This document shows positions 16,512-25,685 of a stretch of 32,000 nucleotides of DNA, piece by piece. The position numbers were made by a program, and so were the translations under genes. Positions within the stretch are counted from its first letter, which is position 1; every line of letters starts with the position of its first letter. Source of the DNA: Acaryochloris marina MBIC11017 (GTDB lineage: Bacteria > Cyanobacteriota > Cyanobacteriia > Thermosynechococcales > Thermosynechococcaceae); NCBI RefSeq assembly GCF_000018105.1, contig NC_009925.1, forward strand, positions 2,670,001 through 2,702,000, given 5' to 3'. Under the pieces are notes generated by a model, which made no database searches, had not been told where the DNA came from, and saw nothing but the letters and a program-made list of their open reading frames with translations.

Positions 16512-17564
16512 ATGGCCATTTGGGCTGCTGCGATAGCAGGTCATCGGGATGTTCTCCAAATCTTGAAATCTGCGATGCCAGAAATGTTTGGCCAAGCTTT
16601 GGTTGATATTTGTGAAAGAGGCAGTCTTTCAGCACTGCACACTCTGCTTGCTGTTATCGATGTGCATCAGTACTACATTTACGGCCCTTTACAGGCCGCC
16701 AGCCAGGAAGGACGACTTGATGTAGTTCAAATCCTTATCCAGTCAGGGATTGACGTGAATCGGCCTAGCATCACTAAAGAAATACCATTAGTCGTGGCAG
16801 CTAGCCAGGGTTATGTGGAAGTTGTTAAGACATTAGTAGAAGCTGGTGCTCTAGTAGATTCATGGACCAGTGATGAGGATTCCCCGTTATTCGGTGCTGC
16901 CTATTGTGGACATTTGGAGGTTTATAACTATCTTTTTCCTCTCGTCTCAGAAGAAACTCAAAGATATGCAGAATACACCCTACATAAAGCTTTAAAGCGA
17001 AAAGCACGAGAACAACACACAGATGTAGAAGCTTTTATCAAAGGTGCCATGTTAGGACAGATGGACGTTATTCAGTGGGGAATTCGGCGTGGAATAGATA
17101 TCAATGCAATCGGCGCTAACAACCAAACTGCGTTAATGTATGCAGCCTCTTCTAGCTTGCAACCGATGGTTCAGATATTGCTGGAGGCAGGCGCAGATCC
17201 CAATATTCAAAGTGATGACGATGGTCCAGATGAAGGCACTACAGCCTTGATGAAGGTAGCAAGTCATTATGCCTGCCATTTTGCAGAGAACGTTCAGGAG
17301 ATTATTAAGCTGTTGGTAGCAGCAGGAGCAGATCCAAATCTTCAAGACAAAGCAGGCCGTACAGCCTTGATACATAGCGTAACTTGGGGGTATTCAAAGC
17401 CTGCTATTGAGGCTCTCAAAACACTCATTTCGGTGGGTGCTGATCTCAATATTCACGATAATGCGGGTAAAACAGATTTGATATATGCACAGGATCGTTG
17501 TCAGGAGCAGGCCGGCTTTTCTGTAGTTGTAGAGTTACTTGAACGATCAAGTTTGTCAGAGTAA
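16512..17564 (+). CDS. ankyrin-repeat protein (main part, ~9-10 ANK units)
   Basis: Repeated G.T.L..A...G....V..LL..GAD.N units, for example GRTALIHSV...LISVGADLNIHD. The first ANK unit begins upstream of the annotated Met, which argues that this ORF continues from 16248..16463. Confidence 0.8.
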   Translation: MAIWAAAIAGHRDVLQILKSAMPEMFGQALVDICERGSLSALHTLLAVIDVHQYYIYGPLQAASQEGRLDVVQILIQSGIDVNRPSITKEIPLVVAASQGYVEVVKTLVEAGALVDSWTSDEDSPLFGAAYCGHLEVYNYLFPLVSEETQRYAEYTLHKALKRKAREQHTDVEAFIKGAMLGQMDVIQWGIRRGIDINAIGANNQTALMYAASSSLQPMVQILLEAGADPNIQSDDDGPDEGTTALMKVASHYACHFAENVQEIIKLLVAAGADPNLQDKAGRTALIHSVTWGYSKPAIEALKTLISVGADLNIHDNAGKTDLIYAQDRCQEQAGFSVVVELLERSSLSE

Positions 17565-17575
17565 AGAACAATAAA

Positions 17576-18025
17576 CTACTCAACCGTCCATTCCCCATTG
17601 GCAGAAAAGTTAATTTTGAGTGTCTTACTTTGAGACTGTAGCCAGCCTTGACGATGCCAAGTGATCAACAATGAACGCTGTTCAATCGCCACTTCAGATG
17701 TACCAATATTGACGGGATTGCTAGCATCACCCATCGTAATGCTGAGATTTGGATCAGCTTTGACCACCTCAATCGCTGCAGAGGAGAGATAAGCATGATT
17801 CTTGGGTTTTATACTCTTCCACGCTAAACGCAGCTCTGCTTGGGACTCACCCAAACGAAAGGTCGCTTGGTGCGGCGTTTCTTCAGGCTCCTGCACACTA
17901 GATTGATCGGGTTCCTGTTCATACTCAGAGAAGGTGAAGGGTTGTCCCAATGGCCCAATTGGCGTACTCGGAGCGCCACAGCCCACCAGTAAGGTTCCGA
18001 CCAACACAAGAGAGCCTAACGTCAT
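17576..18025 (-). CDS. hypothetical lipoprotein
   Basis: From ATG 18025 the N-terminus is MTLGSLVLVGTLLVGCGAPS, a signal peptide with lipobox LVGC. An acidic linker and then a beta-rich domain follow. I recognise no family. It sits directly downstream of DUF3370-like paralogue B. Confidence 0.65.
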   Translation of the reverse strand: MTLGSLVLVGTLLVGCGAPSTPIGPLGQPFTFSEYEQEPDQSSVQEPEETPHQATFRLGESQAELRLAWKSIKPKNHAYLSSAAIEVVKADPNLSITMGDASNPVNIGTSEVAIEQRSLLITWHRQGWLQSQSKTLKINFSANGEWTVE

Positions 18026-18084
18026 TCCAGAACAAGAGGTAGAACGTGGGTCCCGAAACAGCCCAGCGCGCATCAACAAACCTC

Positions 18085-19428
18085 CTAATCTTTGGTGAGT
18101 GTTCTGATGGTCAGCACTTGGGGAGGTGTGGAATCTGGCGGATAGAGGAACTCAACATTGACCAGCTTCTGCTGTTTGGGATCGATGGGAAACGTCAGCA
18201 GAGCCTTGCCGCGTTGACCCCGTCGCTGCACCAAGTGAAAGAAGCGTCTTTGGGCCTTGCCAAAGGTGTCAGTATAGCTGAGCTTGACCGTTCCCCGAAA
18301 AAAGGCTGACCCTGTTGGTCGCTTAAAGAAGCGCAAGCCTTTTTGGGTGAGTTCATCTTCTTTGATGGGGGTTTGCAAAGACAGAGAAATTTTCTGGGGG
18401 TCTTTCGTTGTATTTTTTAGGGGCAGATCCAGGCTATATCGCAATCCATAATTGCCATGGGATTTATAGGCCGTATCGCCATAGCGCACCAGCATCGGCG
18501 CACTTTGAATCTGCCCGGTGCCTAATGTGCCGCGATCTAAGGAATTGATCACATAGGAAAAGGCCTTGCCGGGCTTCGGGATATCTAGCTTGTCATCCCC
18601 CGGTTTATTAGTCACTTTGGCTTTCCATTCCGAGCCTTGAGACACTCCCGCGACCCGGCCATAGAAAAACTTCTCGGCCTTAGAGTCGGGGGGCGTGGGC
18701 GGTTGATCTCTCGGCGATACCAAGCTGCCCTTCGTCAGCGTTTGCTTCCAATCATCCAACAAAGGGGCCTGAAACTTCCACTTCGAAGGAGAGCGAGCAT
18801 ATCGGGTCATGCTGGCAGCGTAGAGCTTACCGTTGGTCCAGAGGCGTAGCCAGGTCGTCCGGCTATTGCTAGGGGGCAGCTGCAAATTCACCAACATTTT
18901 GCTTTCACCGGGCGGAATCACCAGATTGGTGTCCCAACCGGCTTGCCGTTGCCGACGCAGCACATCACCTGCTGTCCGACTTCCCGGCCCCGAATAGACG
19001 TTCCCCCCTGGATCAGCGGTCTGAGATGGAAGATCCACAAAAGGGGCTTGGGACTGACTGAGATAGCTATTGGCCTGCAGTACCAACACCTTGACAGGCT
19101 TGCTGGTGGGATTATGCAATAGAACCCCGAGATAAAGAGGGCGCTTGCCTTTTTTGGAGTCAATTCGGGTGACATGATGGGCAAACACATCAAATCGACC
19201 GGATAAGGCATAGTTCAAATGAGCGTCAGGAGACTGTTTGCCTGTTTCAGGAAAGGTCGATACAAGAATACCTTCCGATTTAACAATTTCTGGACTATTG
19301 CTATTAAAAACAGGGAATTTATCCAGTTCTCCCGGTAAGGCCCTGACTTCCTGGGGAATGACCACTTCGGAGGCGGCGGCAATCGTACTTGCTTGAGCGA
19401 GAAGTAGGGCAGGCAGGAAAAATGACAT
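18085..19428 (-). CDS. uncharacterised secreted protein, DUF3370-like family, paralogue B
   Basis: 447 aa from ATG 19428, with a signal-like N-terminus MSFFLPALLLAQASTIAAAS. It is homologous along its length to 4822..6381. Its size matches my recollection that DUF3370 members are ~440-460 aa. The longer ORF to 19551 would overlap the 3' end of the Kef gene. Confidence 0.85.
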   Translation of the reverse strand: MSFFLPALLLAQASTIAAASEVVIPQEVRALPGELDKFPVFNSNSPEIVKSEGILVSTFPETGKQSPDAHLNYALSGRFDVFAHHVTRIDSKKGKRPLYLGVLLHNPTSKPVKVLVLQANSYLSQSQAPFVDLPSQTADPGGNVYSGPGSRTAGDVLRRQRQAGWDTNLVIPPGESKMLVNLQLPPSNSRTTWLRLWTNGKLYAASMTRYARSPSKWKFQAPLLDDWKQTLTKGSLVSPRDQPPTPPDSKAEKFFYGRVAGVSQGSEWKAKVTNKPGDDKLDIPKPGKAFSYVINSLDRGTLGTGQIQSAPMLVRYGDTAYKSHGNYGLRYSLDLPLKNTTKDPQKISLSLQTPIKEDELTQKGLRFFKRPTGSAFFRGTVKLSYTDTFGKAQRRFFHLVQRRGQRGKALLTFPIDPKQQKLVNVEFLYPPDSTPPQVLTIRTLTKD

Positions 19429-19519
19429 GAATACATCAATACAGTTGAGCGAATAAATTCTACCAGCCCATGATCCCCACCTTGAAGCTTGATGGGCCGC
19501 TTTGACAGATGACCTATTC

Positions 19520-21523
19520 CTAGGGAGTGGTTTGTGCAAGTAGATTCTCAAACGAATGGCGCTCGTGGGGGCTGCCCACTAACAGCAATCGATCACCAAC
19601 TTCCAGTAGAGTCTGGGCATGGGGATATCGAAAGATACGCTGGCCCCGCCGCACCGCCATAATGGTGGCTCCTGTGCGACTCCGGATCTGGGTTTGGGCA
19701 ATGGTTTGATTGATAAAGGGAGAGTTAGGCTTTAGGGCATACCAGCGACCTTCGAGTCCTTCCACCGCACTGCCTAATTCGGGGGGCATACGATCCCCCA
19801 ACTGTTTCGGCACAATTTCCCGGTAGTGGCCAGCCCGATAGGTATTGGCGATGGTTTGCACCTGTTGAATCGGGTCCCCCAAGTTGAGTAGGACATGGGC
19901 TCCCATTTCCAGAGATGCTTCAAATTCTGGCTGGACTACCTCTTTAGCTCCCAGTTGGTAGAGCACATCAATCTCTTGGATGGCATGGGCACGGACCGTG
20001 ACATCTAAACCAGGAACCATACTTAACGCCCGCTTCAAGGTCAATCGAGTTGCCAAGGGATCCGGAAGGGCGATGGCGAGAACACGGGCTCGATCGAGTT
20101 TAGATTTACGCAATACCAACTCACTCGACGCATCCCCAAACAAATAGGGGAGTTTTTGATCTCGTAAAGTCTGGAGGGTGGCTTCGTTATTTTCAATCAC
20201 CAGGACGGGATGGCGTTGCGATCGCAACATCCGTACCAAGGTTTGTCCAACCCGACCATAGCCCGCCACAACACAATGCCCCGTTAACACCTCGGGAATG
20301 ACCACTTCTCGGGGCCGTTGAGCATAGATAAACCAGCGACCAATCCCCGGAAGGCGCTGGAGATAACTGGGAAGACGCGTCGACAATTTAAACACAAAGG
20401 GAGTAATCAGCAGGGTAATAGCCGTCGTCCCGACCATCAAGCCATAGAGCCGAGGGGAGAACAGCTTTAGCTCCACAGCGACCCCCGCCAGCACAAAAGA
20501 AAATTCTCCAATTTGATTAATGCCCAAACCCACCTTTAGGGCTGTGCTGAAACCATAGCCAAAGATCACCACTAAAGTCGTAACAATCAGGGCCTTACCG
20601 ATCATCACAATCGCCACCAAACTGAGCAGAGTCCCCAAATTTTGAACTAGAAATAAGGGGTCAATCAACATGCCAATCGAGGCAAAGAACAAGGTGGCAA
20701 AGACATCTCGCATGGGCAAAATACTTTGCAAGGCATGGTCTGCATATTCCACCTGGGAAATCATTAATCCGGCGACAAACGCCCCCATCTCAATCCCTAA
20801 GCCCATGGACGCTGTGGCCAACGCCACGCCCATACACAGAGCAACCACACTCAGCACAAACAGCTCTTGCGATCCGGTCTGAGCCACCTTCTTCATCAAA
20901 GTCGGGACAATTTTCAGTCCTGCAACAATGGCGATGAGAAAAAACAAGGCGGTTTTGAGCACCGCGAACAGCAGAGCTTGACCGATGGTGGCAGCCGGTT
21001 GAGTCAAGATGGGCAGTACCGCTAGCATCAATCCCAAGCTCAAATCCTGAATAATCAGAATGCCCAGCATGACTTGGCCATGAACCGTCTGCATCTCATT
21101 GCGCTCAATCAAACTTTTGAGCACCACAGCAGTTGAGGAGAGGGAGAGCACTGCTCCCAAAAAAATCGCTTGGGGTAACGTCTCGACCCACCGGGTGAAG
21201 TAGGCCAAGCCACCGCCCAACAGGGTGGTGAGCAGAACTTGCAAGGTACCTCCGCCCAAGGCAATTTTGCGGACTTTTAAGAGATTGCTGAAAGAGAACT
21301 CAACCCCCAGGGCAAAGAGCAGCAGGACGACGCCCATCTCCGCAAAAAAGTTAATGGCTCCTTCGGCTTTAACAATCTCTAAGCCAGACGGCCCCACGGC
21401 CAAACCTGCGAGTAAATAGCCCAATAAGGCAGGCTGTCCCAGACGGGTCGTGAGATAACCACCCACAGCAGCAGTCCCTAAAACCGCTACCATATCGACA
21501 ATAAGAGAAAGTTCTGCAGCCAT
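19520..21523 (-). CDS. CPA2-family monovalent cation:proton antiporter with RCK (TrkA-N/TrkA-C) domains (Kef type)
   Basis: 667-aa ORF. About 380 aa form a multi-pass Na+/H+-exchanger-type membrane domain. A Rossmann motif VVAGYGRVGQTL and a C-terminal TrkA-C-like domain follow. Confidence 0.9.
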   Translation of the reverse strand: MAAELSLIVDMVAVLGTAAVGGYLTTRLGQPALLGYLLAGLAVGPSGLEIVKAEGAINFFAEMGVVLLLFALGVEFSFSNLLKVRKIALGGGTLQVLLTTLLGGGLAYFTRWVETLPQAIFLGAVLSLSSTAVVLKSLIERNEMQTVHGQVMLGILIIQDLSLGLMLAVLPILTQPAATIGQALLFAVLKTALFFLIAIVAGLKIVPTLMKKVAQTGSQELFVLSVVALCMGVALATASMGLGIEMGAFVAGLMISQVEYADHALQSILPMRDVFATLFFASIGMLIDPLFLVQNLGTLLSLVAIVMIGKALIVTTLVVIFGYGFSTALKVGLGINQIGEFSFVLAGVAVELKLFSPRLYGLMVGTTAITLLITPFVFKLSTRLPSYLQRLPGIGRWFIYAQRPREVVIPEVLTGHCVVAGYGRVGQTLVRMLRSQRHPVLVIENNEATLQTLRDQKLPYLFGDASSELVLRKSKLDRARVLAIALPDPLATRLTLKRALSMVPGLDVTVRAHAIQEIDVLYQLGAKEVVQPEFEASLEMGAHVLLNLGDPIQQVQTIANTYRAGHYREIVPKQLGDRMPPELGSAVEGLEGRWYALKPNSPFINQTIAQTQIRSRTGATIMAVRRGQRIFRYPHAQTLLEVGDRLLLVGSPHERHSFENLLAQTTP
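20218..20225. repeat. HIP1 octamer GCGATCGC
   Basis: Exact match read from the sequence. Confidence 0.9.
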
Positions 21524-21662
21524 ACCTTACTCTAGGAGCAATTTCTGAAGACAGGCTACTCTAACATCAATCCAGCAGTCTTCATCTGTAAGATGCAAGC
21601 AGCATCGTTAATATACAATCCTGCACAAGCAATCGAGCTGTCTTTGTCTTCATCGGAGGTCC

Positions 21663-22469
21663 ATGAAAATCTTAGTTGGCAATGATGATGGTATTTTTGC
21701 CCCCGGTGTCAGGGCCTTAGCCAATACCCTCGCCCCAGACCATGAGGTCACCGTTGTTTGCCCAGATCGAGAACGCTCAGCCACCGGACATGGGCTCACC
21801 ATCCATCAGCCGATTCGTGCCGAACAAGTACAGTCCATGTTTGTAGATCAGGTCACTGCCTGGGCCTGTTCTGGTACGCCTGCAGACTGTATCAAGTTAG
21901 CCCTAGGCGCACTCCTAGACAGTCCACCAGATTTCGTCTTGTCGGGGATTAATCAAGGCCCCAATTTAGGCACAGACGTCCTGTACTCAGGGACGGTCTC
22001 AGCAGCCATGGAAGGAGTCATTGAAGGAATTACGAGTATTGCCTTTAGTTATAGCAGCTTTACAGACCAACAGTTTCAGCCAGCGGCTAATTTTGGCCAG
22101 CAGTTATTAGAACATCTGATTCAGCATCCTTTATCGGAGCCTATGTTGTTAAATGTGAATGTCCCTGCTGTACCTGCCGATCAGATTCAAGGGGTTGCCC
22201 TCACTCGTCAGGGGATCCGTCGTTACCATGACCTATTCGAAAAACGAATCGATCCAAGAGGAAAAACGTATTATTGGCTGGCGGGAGAAGTGATGGAAGA
22301 TTTAGAAGACGATAGGATGGCCGATCCATTTGTCCTCACAGATGTTCAGGCGATTCGTCAACGATGCATTGCGATCACGCCTTTGCAATATAATCTGACT
22401 GCGAACAATAGTCTAAATCCTTTATTGGCCTGGCTTACACCCCTCCAGAAACGCCAATCCGTGATTTGA
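21663..22469 (+). CDS. surE: 5'/3'-nucleotidase SurE
   Basis: 268-aa ORF with N-terminal [19 protein letters not shown], plus GINQGPNLG and [11 protein letters not shown] motifs. GGAGG lies 3 nt upstream of the ATG. Confidence 0.92.
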
Positions 22470-22582
22470 TCACACGAATTGTTCTTATTTGGGCTAAAAT
22501 TCACAGAAACCCGCAGAAGTTTCATTGCTTCGATATGATTGGACTAACGGCCGATTCGGTCCAGGCCATCCACAAGCCATTT

Positions 22583-23491
22583 ATGCAAGAAAAGCTTACG
22601 GTTCGCTTTTGGGGCGTCAGGGGCAGTATTGCTTGTCCAGGGCTACACACCGTTCGTTACGGTGGTAATACCCCCTGTGTGGAAGTACAAGCCGGACATC
22701 AGAAATTCATCTTTGATGGTGGGACGGGCCTCAGAGTCCTGGGACAAGAGATGCTCAAACATCTACCGGTCGAAGCTCATATTTTCTTTTCCCATACCCA
22801 CTGGGATCATATTCAAGGATTTCCTTTTTTCTCCCCTGCATTTATGCCGGGTAACCGTTTCCATATCTACGGCACCAGAGGATCCGATGGTAAGACCATC
22901 GAGAAACGCTTAACGGATCAGATGCTGCACCCCAACTTCCCTGTGCCTCTACAGATTATGGGGGGAAGTCTAGATTTTTATGATTTGGAAGCTGGCCAAA
23001 TCGTCGAAGTTGAAGATATTACGATTCGCAATGCCATCCTCAATCATCCGGGTGGATCTATCGGCTATCGGTTGGAATGGCAGGGATTGACGGTCAGCTA
23101 TATCACCGATACTGAGCATTTTCCAGATGCCCTAGATCCCAATGTGTTGGCCTTGGCCGATCAAGCCCATGTATTGATCTACGATGCCACCTATACCGAT
23201 GCTGAATATCATGAAGCGGGCAATAGTAAGGTGGGCTGGGGACATTCCACCTGGCAAGAAGCGATTAAAATTGCGAAAGCGGCGAAGGTCGATCAGCTCG
23301 TTCTGTTCCATCATGATCCCCTCCACAATGATGTTTTCTTAGATGATATCGGGCGCAAAGCGGGTCATCAATTTACGAACTCAATCATTGCCCAAGAAGG
23401 CTTAAGCATTACCCTAACCCCGAATGGCCAATCTTCTTTGCAGTATGCCGAACTCGGTCGTGCCATTTCTTCCGTGCCTGATCGTGCATGA
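22583..23491 (+). CDS. MBL-fold metallo-hydrolase
   Basis: HTHWDHIQGFPFF (the HxHxDH metal motif), FWGVRGS near the N-terminus and a late HHDP. The start is uncertain, with candidates ATG 22583, ATG 22535 and TTG 22466. I chose 22583 because homologues, as I recall them, begin just before FWGVRGS. Confidence 0.75.
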   Translation: MQEKLTVRFWGVRGSIACPGLHTVRYGGNTPCVEVQAGHQKFIFDGGTGLRVLGQEMLKHLPVEAHIFFSHTHWDHIQGFPFFSPAFMPGNRFHIYGTRGSDGKTIEKRLTDQMLHPNFPVPLQIMGGSLDFYDLEAGQIVEVEDITIRNAILNHPGGSIGYRLEWQGLTVSYITDTEHFPDALDPNVLALADQAHVLIYDATYTDAEYHEAGNSKVGWGHSTWQEAIKIAKAAKVDQLVLFHHDPLHNDVFLDDIGRKAGHQFTNSIIAQEGLSITLTPNGQSSLQYAELGRAISSVPDRA

Positions 23492-23529
23492 TTAAGCTGA
23501 CGGGCCTAAACTGTGTCAGAATTTGAGTT

Positions 23530-24453
23530 GTGTGGGTTACTTCATCATTAGAGACGGTTCGAACACCAACAGTGATTGCCCTTGGCAACTTTGATGGCAT
23601 CCATCAAGGGCATTGTCAGGTCATTCAGTCTCTGCTGTCTAACCGCTCAGATACAGCCCAGGTGACGGTGGTTGCCTTTAACCCTCACCCCCAAGCTTTT
23701 TTCTCGGGTGAGCATCAGCCGCTACTGACACCCCTGTCTGAAAAAGCCACGTTACTAGAAAATTTAGGGGTCGATCAGCTGGTGCTGATCCCCTTTGACC
23801 AAGCATTAGCCAATCTCAGTCCCCAGGACTTTGTCAAAGATATTTTGGTGGCCCAGCTGCAGGCGCAGTTTATTAGCGTGGGCTTTAATTTCTGTTTTGG
23901 CTATCAGCGGGCCGGAACAGCAGAAGACTTGGTTGCGATCGCAGGTCAGTATCAAATCCCCGTCTCCATCACCGCACCTCAAACAAACGGTTCAGAACCC
24001 ATTAGCAGCTCTGCCATTCGTGAAGCGTTACTGGAAGGGAACCTGGAGAAAGCCCAGCAAATGTTGGGACGAGCCTATGACCTCACGGGAACCGTGGTTA
24101 AAGGGCAGCAGTTAGGCCGTACCCTAGGCTTTCCGACCGCAAATTTGCAGGTGCCTACGGATAAATTTTGCCCTCGGACGGGCGTTTATAGCGTTAGCGT
24201 TACCAGCAACCTTTGGTCTCAACCCCAACCTGGCGTTATGAACTGGGGCTGCCGCCCCACGGTCGACGGTCAGCAACCCAGCTTAGAAGTTCATCTACTC
24301 GATTGGTCTGGGGATCTGTATGGGCATACTGTGACTGTGCATTTGCAGCAATTTCTGCGATCGGAACAAAAATTTGCCTCTTTAGCGGATCTCAAAGCCC
24401 AAATCCAGGCCGATTGCGAGATCGCTCGGGCATCCCTCGCAGCGGTTGTATAA
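23530..24453 (+). CDS. ribF: bifunctional riboflavin kinase / FMN adenylyltransferase
   Basis: 307-aa ORF with N-terminal ALGNFDGIHQGH (FAD synthetase) and a C-terminal riboflavin-kinase module (GQQLGRTLGFPTANL ... LEVHLLDWSGDLYG). GTG start. Confidence 0.9.
   Translation: MWVTSSLETVRTPTVIALGNFDGIHQGHCQVIQSLLSNRSDTAQVTVVAFNPHPQAFFSGEHQPLLTPLSEKATLLENLGVDQLVLIPFDQALANLSPQDFVKDILVAQLQAQFISVGFNFCFGYQRAGTAEDLVAIAGQYQIPVSITAPQTNGSEPISSSAIREALLEGNLEKAQQMLGRAYDLTGTVVKGQQLGRTLGFPTANLQVPTDKFCPRTGVYSVSVTSNLWSQPQPGVMNWGCRPTVDGQQPSLEVHLLDWSGDLYGHTVTVHLQQFLRSEQKFASLADLKAQIQADCEIARASLAAVV
23935..23942. repeat. HIP1 octamer GCGATCGC
   Basis: Exact match read from the sequence. Confidence 0.9.
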
Positions 24454-24472
24454 CCCATCTCCTTAGGTAACT

Positions 24473-25402
24473 ATGGTGAATACTCTGACCAGTATCCGGC
24501 CTCCAGTGCAGCGCCTGCAAGATAATCTCGGGACTGTCATCGTCGGCAAACATGAGGCCATTCAGTTAGTCTTGGTTGCCTTACTGTCAGGCGGCCATGC
24601 CCTCCTGGAAGATGTGCCTGGCGTCGGTAAAACCCTGCTAGCGAAATCCTTGGCCCGCTCCATTGATGGTCAATTTCACCGCATTCAATGCACTCCCGAT
24701 TTACTTCCCAGTGATTTAACGGGGACCAATATTTGGAACCCCCAAGAAGGCAAGTTTGAGTTTTTAGCCGGTCCTATTTTTGCCAATGTCTTGCTCACAG
24801 ATGAAATTAACCGAGCCACGCCCCGAACTCAGTCTGCCCTACTAGAGGTGATGGAAGAAGCCCAAGTCACCATTGATGGGGTTTCTCATCCCGTCCTCGA
24901 TCCATTTTTTGTGATTGCCACCCAAAACCCCGTTGAATATCAGGGCACATTTCCCTTACCGGAAGCCCAGCTGGATCGGTTTGCCTTATCTTTGAGTCTG
25001 GGGTATCCCTCAGAAGCAGAAGAATTACAAATGTTAGAACGTCTGCAGTCAGGCAAATCGTTTCAGACCTTACAACCCTGCATTACCTTGGCGGAGGTCA
25101 AGCAGCTTCAGCAAGACTGTCAGGCAATTCATGTGGAAGCTTCAGTCCAGCGCTATATTTTGGCGTTGGTTCGCGCGACACGGGAGCACGATGATATTAC
25201 GTTGGGCATCAGCCCTAGGGGAACGGTGACCCTCCAACGCACCAGCCAGGCCTTAGCACTGCTGAACGGGAGAGATTACGTTTTACCCGATGATGTCAAA
25301 TTTTTAGCGCCCTACGTCCTTCGCCATCGCTTGATTCCTGCGGCTGGGCATTCTGCCCAAGGAATTGTGGAGCAGTTACTGGGTGCGATCGCAATTCCCT
25401 AA
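24473..25402 (+). CDS. MoxR-family AAA+ ATPase
   Basis: 309-aa ORF with Walker A EDVPGVGKT and Walker B LLTDEINRA, plus QNPVEYQGTFPLPEAQLDRF and ISPRG motifs characteristic of MoxR/RavA-like ATPases. Confidence 0.9.
   Translation: MVNTLTSIRPPVQRLQDNLGTVIVGKHEAIQLVLVALLSGGHALLEDVPGVGKTLLAKSLARSIDGQFHRIQCTPDLLPSDLTGTNIWNPQEGKFEFLAGPIFANVLLTDEINRATPRTQSALLEVMEEAQVTIDGVSHPVLDPFFVIATQNPVEYQGTFPLPEAQLDRFALSLSLGYPSEAEELQMLERLQSGKSFQTLQPCITLAEVKQLQQDCQAIHVEASVQRYILALVRATREHDDITLGISPRGTVTLQRTSQALALLNGRDYVLPDDVKFLAPYVLRHRLIPAAGHSAQGIVEQLLGAIAIP
25385..25392. repeat. HIP1 octamer GCGATCGC
   Basis: Exact match read from the sequence. Confidence 0.9.
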
Positions 25403-25685
25403 CGGTTTTCTGCCCTAGCACCAACCGATCAGCCCCAACCTTGGAACCGCCTCGAATAACCTGGCGTCAGAGAGATATAGCATCTCGGTATGTGCAGAGC
25501 GACGATACCCGCTGATCTGGGCTATCTAAGCTTGATTCATCCTTAAGTCAGCACATAATCGATCCCCTCGTATTTTATAAGTGGGGATGGATGCCTTTGC
25601 CAACGGCTACCAATCTATGAGATTGCAAAGCGGTTGGCGTTGAGATCAGGTGAACCTCTACTTTCTGCACTCCTCTGCTGCCCCT

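Noticed and set aside
19429-19551. N-terminal extension of paralogue B in the track ORF
   Set aside because: It would overlap the 3' end of the Kef-type gene by 32 nt. It also precedes a good signal peptide that begins at the internal ATG 19428.
23556-23564. GGTTCGAAC, reminiscent of a tRNA T-arm
   Set aside because: It lies inside the ribF coding frame. The flanking sequence cannot be folded into acceptor, D or anticodon arms. I found no tRNA anywhere in the window by eye.
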